Origin: Propionibacterium ruminifibrarum
GTDB lineage: Bacteria; Actinomycetota; Actinomycetes; Propionibacteriales; Propionibacteriaceae
Direction of reading: 5' to 3'
DNA: 32,000 nt
Assembly: GCF_900289195.1 (NCBI RefSeq)
Contig: NZ_OMOH01000001.1
Coordinates: 238,706-270,705, forward strand
Below the pieces are notes generated by a model. The model searched no databases. It saw nothing but the letters and a program-made list of their open reading frames with translations, and was not told the origin of the DNA. Below, in pieces: positions 25,700 to 32,000 of this stretch. Made by a program: the position numbers and the translations under genes. Numbering within the stretch: position 1 is the first letter of the stretch; every line of letters begins with the position of its first letter.

Positions 25700-27220
25700 T
25701 CAGATGTCCGTCGACGAGGCCGCCGTCAGGTCCATCGACTCGCTCGTCAGGTTCTCGGAGATGCCCGAGATGCCCGCGCGCAGGACGACGAGATTGGCCA
25801 TCGAATAGAGGAAGTCCGCTGCCGCGTCGTCGGCGAGGACACGGGCGGCCTGCTTCATCTTCTCGGTCTGCTCATCGGCCGGGCCCGTCTTCGCCTCGGT
25901 GATCAACTGAGTGAACTCCGGGTTGTCGTAGTGCCAGTAGTACTCCGGGTTGGCCCATTTGGCGATGTCCCGGCCCTCGACGTGGCTGATGATCGTCATG
26001 TCGTAGTTCGACTTCGTCATGACCTCGTCGATCCAGCGCGATGGGAACTCGAGGGTGTCAGTGGTGACGGTGATGCCCACCTGGGCGAGCTGACTCGTGA
26101 TGAACGTGGCGGCTGAGGTGGCGTACGGCAGGCTCGGTACACGCAGGGACAGGTCGAGTCCCTCGCCGTAGCCGGCCTCGGCCAGCAGCCGACGGGCCGT
26201 GTCGGGGTCGTAACCGTAGGTGTCCGCGAGGTCCTCGTACCAGGGGTCGGTCGGGGCGACCATCGAGCCGATGAGCGTGCCGTAGCCGGCCGTGACCGTC
26301 TGCAGCAGATCGGACCGGTTGATGGCGTAGTTGATGGCCTGGCGGACGCGCACGTCGGAGAACGCCTCACGCTGGTGGTTGAAGCCGAGGACGACCTCGC
26401 CCATCGACGTGCCGTTGAGAATGGTGTACTGATCCGGGTCCTCGAACTGACTGATCGCCTGGGGGGCCTGCATGTTCGAGATGACGTCGAGGTCACCGCT
26501 GCTCATCGCGGAGTTCTCCGCGGTCGGATCGGAGAAGTACTTGAAGGTGACGGAGTCGAAGACGGTCGGTGTGCCCCAGTAGGATTCGTTCCTGGTCAGC
26601 ACCATCGGGTTGCCCTCGCTCCACGACTCGAAGACGAAGGGCCCCGAGCCCGCCGGGGCGGTACCGAGCGAGTCGATCCCATCGGGGTCGTAGATGATCC
26701 CGGCGGTCTGGGCCGCGTAGTAGAGCCAGTCGTTGTCGCGCTGGGAGAGTTTCACGACGACGGTCGATGCGTCCTGCACGGTGACCGATTCCATGGCGCC
26801 CAACTGGGACTTGAGCGTGGCGAGCACCGCATCGTCGTTCTTGACACGCTCGAGCGAGGTCTTGACCGCCTCGGCGTCCAGCGCGGCCCCGCTGGCGAAG
26901 GTCGCCTTGGGCTGCAGGGTGAACGTGTAGGTGAGCCCGTCCTCGGACTCGTTCCAGCTCGTGGCCAGCAGCGGCACGATCTGGCCGTCCGAGTCGATCT
27001 TCACGAGTGTCTCGTACACGTTGTAGAGCAGCGCCTGCGGGATCGCCGCTCCGCTGTTCGTCGATGGATCCAGCGCGGCGGGAGGGGCCGTGGCCCCGAT
27101 GACGAGCTGACGCGCCTGCTCCTGGGTCTCCGCGCCGCCACTCGAGCAGGCGACGAGCGACGCCGCGGCGCCGATCACCGTTGCCCCCAGAAACGAACGA
27201 CGTCCGAGCCGGATGTTCAT
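25700..27220 (-). CDS. ABC transporter substrate-binding lipoprotein, family 5 (peptide/nickel type)
   Basis: Tat-like RRSFLG plus lipobox LVAC at the N-terminus. SBP_bac_5-like body of 506 aa. GAGGGGGA RBS. It is the first gene of the five-gene importer operon. Confidence 0.88.
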   Translation of the reverse strand: MNIRLGRRSFLGATVIGAAASLVACSSGGAETQEQARQLVIGATAPPAALDPSTNSGAAIPQALLYNVYETLVKIDSDGQIVPLLATSWNESEDGLTYTFTLQPKATFASGAALDAEAVKTSLERVKNDDAVLATLKSQLGAMESVTVQDASTVVVKLSQRDNDWLYYAAQTAGIIYDPDGIDSLGTAPAGSGPFVFESWSEGNPMVLTRNESYWGTPTVFDSVTFKYFSDPTAENSAMSSGDLDVISNMQAPQAISQFEDPDQYTILNGTSMGEVVLGFNHQREAFSDVRVRQAINYAINRSDLLQTVTAGYGTLIGSMVAPTDPWYEDLADTYGYDPDTARRLLAEAGYGEGLDLSLRVPSLPYATSAATFITSQLAQVGITVTTDTLEFPSRWIDEVMTKSNYDMTIISHVEGRDIAKWANPEYYWHYDNPEFTQLITEAKTGPADEQTEKMKQAARVLADDAAADFLYSMANLVVLRAGISGISENLTSESMDLTAASSTDI

Positions 27221-27377
27221 TGACGGTCCCCCTCGATTTCGCGTACAGCGGGTGCGGTCTCCGGGGCGAGGCCGATCGGCGTGCGTCCTCCGGAACGAGT
27301 CTGCCGAAATCTTACGTCACCGGTCCCCGGCCGCTGGGCCACGCTCCCCCACCCCGCCCGGGATCGATCCGTCGGTT

Positions 27378-27405
27378 TTGGCTTTCGGGCGTGGACGTCT
27401 ATAGT
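27378..27405 (+). promoter_or_regulatory. Sigma-70/SigA-type promoter for the initiator tRNA
   Basis: TTGGCT (27378-27383), a 16-nt spacer, then TATAGT (27400-27405), 12 nt before the mature tRNA 5' end. Confidence 0.6.
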
Positions 27406-27417
27406 TGACTGAGCCGA

Positions 27418-27491
27418 CGCGGGGTGGAGCAGTTCGGTAGCTCGCTGGGCTCATAACCCAGAGGTCACAGGTTCAAATCCTGTCCCCGCTA
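27418..27491 (+). tRNA. Initiator tRNA-fMet (anticodon CAT)
   Basis: CGCGGGGTGGAGCAGTTCGGTAGCTCGCTGGGCTCATAACCCAGAGGTCACAGGTTCAAATCCTGTCCCCGCTA. It has a C1:U72 mismatch and three G:C pairs closing the anticodon stem, both initiator hallmarks. It is near-identical to the mycobacterial metU as recalled. CCA is not encoded. Confidence 0.95.
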
Positions 27492-27498
27492 CGATGAG

Positions 27499-27538
27499 AC
27501 CGCCCGGTTCCGAGGATCATGCCGCGGAGCCGGGCGGT
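27499..27538 (+). terminator. Candidate hairpin downstream of tRNA-fMet
   Basis: ACCGCCCGG (27499-27507) pairs with CCGGGCGGT (27530-27538) around a 22-nt loop, followed by TCGTTCGT. Confidence 0.3.
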
Positions 27539-27751
27539 TCGTTCGTCCTGGCCGGTCCGCCACGGTTCGAGGACGAGGCAGGAGACACCGAACCACCGTC
27601 CCCGGCCGGCGCGTCCTGCCCCGCTGCCCTTCCGCCGTGAGGAGCGACACAGCCGGCCTCATCCCTACGGACGAGGACTGCTTCATGGCGAACCGACGAA
27701 GTCGTCCGCAGGGCCGATGCGCGGGCCGGGCCGAGGCGGCACGATGAGGTC

Positions 27752-27952
27752 ATGCGTGACGTGATCTGCCTCCTCATAGTCCTCTTCGTCGCCGTGAGCG
27801 CCGGCGACTTCGTCCTGGCTGTCTCGCAGAACATCGGAGCCGGCGTCTGGCCGGCCCGCGGGCTGGGCACGGCGATCTCGGCTGTCGTCGGCGGTCTGGG
27901 ACACCTCCTGATCCTGCGAGGCAGGCAGCGGTTCGCGCGGGGCTCACGGTGA
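27752..27952 (+). CDS. Hypothetical small membrane protein (66 aa, two hydrophobic segments)
   Basis: MRDVICLLIVLFVAVSAGDFVLAVSQNIGAGVWPARGLGTAISAVVGGLGHLLILRGRQRF. By my hand count, third-position G+C is clearly higher than first-position G+C. This favours the plus frame over the codon-aligned antisense acidic ORF (27683-27904). No recognisable homology and only a weak RBS. Confidence 0.35.
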   Translation: MRDVICLLIVLFVAVSAGDFVLAVSQNIGAGVWPARGLGTAISAVVGGLGHLLILRGRQRFARGSR

Positions 27953-28114
27953 TGCCCACCGGGACTGCAACGGCCCCGGCCAGGGCACCGGCGTGCTCGC
28001 GCAGTCCCAGCGCGGGTTGGTGCGTGTGAGCCCGCTGAACTCGCCGCCCCCGAGAGCAGCCGACTCCCCAGGACGCGTGAGGCATCTCACCTGCCGCCAC
28101 GCGGCGCATCCCGC

Positions 28115-28684
28115 TCAGGCGATGACACCGAGGTGCTCGAGCAGGATTCTGGTGCCCAGGCCGATGAGGACGACACCGCCCAGCACCTCGGCCGGGGTGC
28201 GGAACCGGGTACCGAGACCGTGGCCGATGGGCACCCCGGCCAGGGCGACGACGAAGGTGGTCAGGCCGATCACCGCGACGGCCTGGAGGATCGGCACGTC
28301 GAGGACCGCCAGTGAGACGCCCACCGCCGCCGCGTCGATGCTCGTGGCGACGCCTAGCAGCACGAGCCGCCCGAATCCCATCCACTCGGCGCGCGGGCTT
28401 CCCTCGCTGCCGGGGCGCAGGGCCTCCCAGATCATCCTGGCCCCGATGAACCCCAGCAGGCCGAAGGCGATCCAGTGATCGACTGGCTCGACGAGGGTGG
28501 CGAACTGCGAGGTGAGGGCCCAGCCGAGAAGGGGCATGAGCGCTTGGAAGACTCCGAAGGTGCCGGCGATGAGGAACGCCCTGCCCCAGAGCAGACGCAC
28601 CATCTGCAGGCCGCTGGCGATCGAGACGGCGAAGGCGTCGGCTGAGACGCTGAGGCCGACGAGCAGGATACCGAGGAAGGACAT
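28115..28684 (-). CDS. mntP: Manganese efflux pump MntP
   Basis: MSFLGILLVGLSVSADAFAVSIA...HWIAFGLLGFIGARMI...ATSIDAAAVGVSLA...VLIGLGTRIL is collinear with E. coli MntP (two DUF204 repeats). The ATG at 28684 follows GAAAGG. The track start at 28897 would read through the riboswitch. Confidence 0.9.
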   Translation of the reverse strand: MSFLGILLVGLSVSADAFAVSIASGLQMVRLLWGRAFLIAGTFGVFQALMPLLGWALTSQFATLVEPVDHWIAFGLLGFIGARMIWEALRPGSEGSPRAEWMGFGRLVLLGVATSIDAAAVGVSLAVLDVPILQAVAVIGLTTFVVALAGVPIGHGLGTRFRTPAEVLGGVVLIGLGTRILLEHLGVIA

Positions 28685-28741
28685 CTGGAGCCTTTCGGTG
28701 GTGGCCGAAGGCTCGGGGAGGACTTCGGCCGTGGACAACAG

Positions 28742-28860
28742 CCGAAGGTCTCGCTCACTCCGCGATGGGCGGAGCGATACGCCGGGCGGTGGTGCCGCCA
28801 GTGTGTCGACGTATCTCCGGGCCCCGCAGAGGACCCATCCGTGGGAGCTACTCCCCTTCG
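28742..28860 (-). promoter_or_regulatory. yybP-ykoY manganese riboswitch aptamer; expression platform continues to 28685
   Basis: Minus strand reads cGAAGGGGAGUAGc...cGUCGACACAC...GUGAGCGAGACCUUCg. This matches the class hallmarks AAAGGGGAGUAG, GUUGACAUAC and AGCAAGACCUUU, with P1 formed by GAAGG/CCUUC. It lies directly upstream of mntP, the canonical regulated gene. Confidence 0.85.
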
Positions 28861-28942
28861 CCCGTGACGTTACCGGGGTCACGGCACGATCTGTCAATGC
28901 CCCTGTCCACGGGCCGGACAGTGCGGCGGGCGACCGGACCGG

Positions 28943-29986
28943 TCAGGAATCGCTCACGTGCAGCAGCGATTTGACCGCCCTGCGCTCATCCATGGCCCGG
29001 TAGGCCTCCTGCACGTCGTCGAGGTCGAATTCCGCGGTGAACACCCGCCCGGGATCGATCAAGCCGTCGAGAACGGCATCCAACAGGACCTGGCGGTCAT
29101 AGGTCGTCACCGAGGCCGGTCCGCCGCGCAGACCGATGTTCCGCCAGAACAGGCCCATCGCATCGATGTCGACGTCGTGGGGAACGCCGACACGGCCGAC
29201 AACGGCCCCGGGGCGGGCGACGGCGATGGCCGTCTGGGTGGACTGGTTGGTGCCGACGCACTCGAGCACGGCTCCGGCACCGCCGCCCTCGGTCAGCTCC
29301 ATGACCCGCGCCACCGCCTCGGTGCCCCGTTCGGGCACGACATCCGTGGCGCCGAACTCGCGGGCCAGGGCGGCGCGGTCGTCGTGCCCGCTCATCGAGA
29401 TGATGCGTTCGGCGCCCAGCAGCCGGGCGCTCAGCACCCCCATCAGCCCCACCGCGCCGTCTCCGAGGACCACCGCCGTGACGCCGGGCCCCACCTCAGC
29501 CATCCGGGCCGCGTGGTAGCCGGTCGCCATCACATCGGACAAGGTCAGCAGGCTCGCCCGCATCGCCGCCGAGTAGTCGCCCGGGGCCCCCGGCACCTTC
29601 ACCAGGGCGCCGTCCGCGTTGTAGGCGCGCATGTACTCGGCCTGGTAGCCGGCGTTGCCACCCGGCTCGCCATTGCGGCAGTTGGCGTCGAAACCCGCTT
29701 GGCACGCGGAGCAGGTGCCGCAGCCGTGGGTGAAGGGCACGATGACGAAGTCCCCGGGGACCAGCGAGGACACCTCGGAGCCGGTCTCGGTGACGACGCC
29801 CATCGCCTCGTGCCCGGTGAGTGAGCCGTGCTCGCGGTGACTGATGCCCCGGAACCACCACAGGTCGGAGCCGCACACGCAGGCGTCGGTGACGCGAACG
29901 ATCACGTCGGTGGGCTTCTCGATGACCGGCTCGGGACGATCCTCGACCCGCACCGTCCCCGGCTCGACGAAGACTGCTGCTCGCAT
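28943..29986 (-). CDS. Zinc-dependent alcohol dehydrogenase family protein (formaldehyde/threonine-dehydrogenase-like MDR)
   Basis: Catalytic Zn ligands (CVCGSDLW, GHEAMGVV), structural Zn site CGTCSACQAGFDANC and Rossmann motif VLGDGAVG. The ATG at 29986 follows GGAGGG. Confidence 0.88.
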   Translation of the reverse strand: MRAAVFVEPGTVRVEDRPEPVIEKPTDVIVRVTDACVCGSDLWWFRGISHREHGSLTGHEAMGVVTETGSEVSSLVPGDFVIVPFTHGCGTCSACQAGFDANCRNGEPGGNAGYQAEYMRAYNADGALVKVPGAPGDYSAAMRASLLTLSDVMATGYHAARMAEVGPGVTAVVLGDGAVGLMGVLSARLLGAERIISMSGHDDRAALAREFGATDVVPERGTEAVARVMELTEGGGAGAVLECVGTNQSTQTAIAVARPGAVVGRVGVPHDVDIDAMGLFWRNIGLRGGPASVTTYDRQVLLDAVLDGLIDPGRVFTAEFDLDDVQEAYRAMDERRAVKSLLHVSDS

Positions 29987-30142
29987 GATGCCCTCCAGCT
30001 GACGCGGCATGCCCGGCACCGTCCGGCCGGTGCTCCTGATCCAGCGTCTGGGGCGAGCCTATCGCGACGCCCCGCGCAGCCGACAATAAGTGAGGTTCGG
30101 CTGGGCTTATTTTTTCCGCACAGGTTCCCTAGTCTGGTGCTC

Positions 30143-30961
30143 ATGGCTGACAAGAGAACCGAACCCGATACCCCGCTTCCCTTCGCCGACCGGCCGGTGT
30201 CCTCCGCGCCCGGGCACTGGGTTCTCGCGCGGGCCGGCAAACGGGTGCTGCGCCCCGGGGGCGCCGCACTGTCATGGCAGATGCTCGACGAGGCCCGGAT
30301 CGCAGGCTCTGACATCGTCGAGCTGGCGCCCGGGCTGGGCCGGACGGCCGTCGAGGTGCTCAGGAGGGAGCCGGGCTCCTACACGGCGATCGACCGGGAC
30401 CCCGACGCCGTTCAGCGCGTCGCCGCCATCATCGCCGACCGCGGCACCTGTCGGCAGGGCGAGGCCTCCGACACCGGCCTGGACGATGCCTGCGCCGACG
30501 TGGTGATCGGCGAGGCGATGCTCACCATGCAGGGCGACAAGGGGAAACGAGCCATCGTCGAGGAGGCTGCGAGGATCCTGCGGCCGGGCGGGCGCTACGC
30601 GATCCACGAACTCGGCATCGTCCCCGACGACGTCGACGAGGAGATCTACACCCAGGTGCGCCAGGGGCTGGCCAGGGCCATCCACGTGAATGCCCGGCCG
30701 ATGACGGAGAAGTCCTGGCGGGAGCTCTTGGCGGACGCCGGCCTGGTCGTCGACTGGGTGGGCATGGCGCCCATGGCCCTGCTCAAGCCGCGCCGCAATC
30801 TTGAGGACGAGGGCGTCCGAGGGGTCCTGCGGATGGCCCGCAACATCCTGGCCGACAAGGAGCTGCGGCAGCGCATCCGGGGCATGGCGGCGACCTTCAG
30901 GACCTACGAGGACAGCATGCGCGGCATCGCCGTCGTGGCCCACAAGCCGCTGTCCGGCTGA
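30143..30961 (+). CDS. Class I SAM-dependent methyltransferase
   Basis: Motif I VELAPGLGRTAVEVL, an acidic loop IDRD and post-I/II GEAMLTM...LRPGGRYAIHE. Start is the ATG at 30143 (MADKRTEPD). The track start at 29828 overlaps the divergent ADH gene. Confidence 0.8.
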   Translation: MADKRTEPDTPLPFADRPVSSAPGHWVLARAGKRVLRPGGAALSWQMLDEARIAGSDIVELAPGLGRTAVEVLRREPGSYTAIDRDPDAVQRVAAIIADRGTCRQGEASDTGLDDACADVVIGEAMLTMQGDKGKRAIVEEAARILRPGGRYAIHELGIVPDDVDEEIYTQVRQGLARAIHVNARPMTEKSWRELLADAGLVVDWVGMAPMALLKPRRNLEDEGVRGVLRMARNILADKELRQRIRGMAATFRTYEDSMRGIAVVAHKPLSG

Positions 30962-30978
30962 CCGCTGCCCGATCAGGG

Positions 30979-31016
30979 GCAGTGGTTCCGTGGTGCTGCC
31001 ACCACGGAACCACTGC
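30979..31016. terminator. Perfect 17-bp stem / 4-nt loop hairpin; bidirectional terminator between convergent genes
   Basis: GCAGTGGTTCCGTGGTG ctgc CACCACGGAACCACTGC, located between the methyltransferase stop (30961) and the permease stop (31042). Confidence 0.6.
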
Positions 31017-31041
31017 GCGCGTCCGAGCGGAGGATCCTCCC

Positions 31042-32000
31042 TCACCCCTCCCGGGAGGAGGCAGCAACGGCAGCCACCGAGGCGAGCACGAGCGCGAGCG
31101 CCGGGGCAAGGACGACCCAAGGTGCTCGTTCCAAGTAGTCGATGCCCTCTGACAACAGCAGGCCCCATTCGGGCGAGGGCGGCTGCGCCCCGAGTCCGAG
31201 GAACCCCAGCGAGGCGAGTTCGAGTGCCCTGCCTGGAAGCCTCAGGACAGCGTGCCGGCCGATCGTCGGCACGACGGCCGGCAGCACACCGAAGAACAGC
31301 TGCCGCGCTTTGCCCACGCCCCACAGCGGTTGCAGCTGGATGTAGGGTCGCGCCCTGACCTCGGCCACGAGATCCGCCGTGTGCGCCGCGAGCGGCGCCC
31401 AGGCGGTGATCGCCACTGCGATGGCAGCGCCCAACCAATTCGGGCCCGTTACCGCGGCAACGAGCAGGCCGACGATCAGTGTCGGCAGCGCGTTGACGAC
31501 CTCGATGAGACCGGTCGCCCAGCGCCCGCACAGGCCGACGAGGATGCCGATGACGAACGTGGCGGCCACCACGAGGACGGCGACCCCCAGTGTCGAGACG
31601 GCGCCGTGGGCGACCCTGGCGAGAACGTCGCGCCCTGAAGCGTCGGCGCCGAGGGGAAGCCCCCAGCTGGGGGCCTGGAGCCTTTCATGGTCGGCGGCGT
31701 AAGGGTCGCGCGGCAGCCCTGCCGCGATGATCAGCCCGAGCAGCCCGGCAGCAACGAGCGCCGTGACACCGGTTCGTCTCGTACCCACCGCCGCAGGTCT
31801 CGGCACGGGAATGGCCCCGCCCCTCAGCGCGGGGCCGAGAATGATCCACCGTCCGACGGCGGCCAGGACGCCGACCACCGCGGCGAGCAGGAGCAGCAGC
31901 ACCATGGCGGCTTGGACCGCAGGCACGTCCTGGGCCGCCGCCGAGCCGAGCATGCTGCGGCCCAGGCCGGGGATGGCGAAGATCTGCTCGACGGCGACCG
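31042..32000 (-). CDS. ABC transporter permease, DppC/NikC-like domain apparently fused in-frame to a DppB-like permease (gene continues past the right edge)
   Basis: The DppC-type core (LPLGADASGRDVLARV...) is preceded in the same frame, with no stop, by a DppB-type C-terminus (VEQIFAIPGLGRSMLGSAAAQDVPAVQAAMVLLLL). That frame is still open at position 32000. Confidence 0.8.
   Translation of the reverse strand, partial: VAVEQIFAIPGLGRSMLGSAAAQDVPAVQAAMVLLLLLAAVVGVLAAVGRWIILGPALRGGAIPVPRPAAVGTRRTGVTALVAAGLLGLIIAAGLPRDPYAADHERLQAPSWGLPLGADASGRDVLARVAHGAVSTLGVAVLVVAATFVIGILVGLCGRWATGLIEVVNALPTLIVGLLVAAVTGPNWLGAAIAVAITAWAPLAAHTADLVAEVRARPYIQLQPLWGVGKARQLFFGVLPAVVPTIGRHAVLRLPGRALELASLGFLGLGAQPPSPEWGLLLSEGIDYLERAPWVVLAPALALVLASVAAVAASSREG

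Noticed and set aside
27683-27904. 73-aa acidic minus-strand ORF (MSQTADDSRDRRAQ...)
   Set aside because: It is codon-aligned antisense to the 27752-27952 ORF. Its third codon positions are less G+C-rich than its first positions, the reverse of real genes in this genome. The plus-strand ORF is therefore the better, though still weak, candidate.
27418-28114. Integrative element or prophage remnant at the tRNA-fMet 3' flank (and likewise at tRNA-Arg, 7527-7598)
   Set aside because: There is no integrase or recombinase ORF. I could find no direct repeat of the tRNA 3' end downstream. The only compositional shifts are short promoter-like AT islands.
1-32000. CRISPR arrays, IS elements, rRNA genes, toxin-antitoxin pairs
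   Set aside because: I saw no regularly spaced direct repeats, no transposase- or integrase-like ORFs, and no rRNA-like sequence. The only repeats found are the palindromic units at 17046-17337 and 20801-20858.

Overview
High-G+C, strongly GC3-biased actinobacterial chromosomal core DNA. I found no mobile elements, CRISPR arrays or rRNA. The window contains two gene blocks with the same order as in Mycobacterium tuberculosis. The first is lysA-hom-(thrH)-rho-rpmE-prfA-prmC on the minus strand (1-7380), where a ThrH-type HAD enzyme occupies the usual thrC/thrB position. The second is whiB1 / pdtaS / rshA-sigH / aroA-rsgA (10773-16118), followed by hisN. Between and after these blocks lie: tRNA-Arg(CCG); two translationally coupled GT87/DUF2029 membrane glycosyltransferase paralogues; a DUF4956 / VTC-domain / beta-helix lipoprotein operon (17388-20742); serA; a five-gene family-5 peptide/nickel-type ABC importer; an initiator tRNA-fMet with a near-consensus promoter; a yybP-ykoY Mn riboswitch driving mntP; a Zn-dependent alcohol dehydrogenase divergent from a SAM methyltransferase; and the end of a second, apparently fused, ABC permease. 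The most unusual content is the VTC-like operon. Its first gene is broken by a 1-nt insertion in a G5 run. It is bracketed by related palindromic elements: a ~290-bp composite palindrome downstream and a 19-bp inverted repeat upstream. Seven gene junctions are ATGA stop/start overlaps (223, 9095, 12923, 15069, 20130, 23072, 24725). All long antisense ORFs in the track are high-GC shadow ORFs. Hand-derived coordinates may be off by 1-2 nt.
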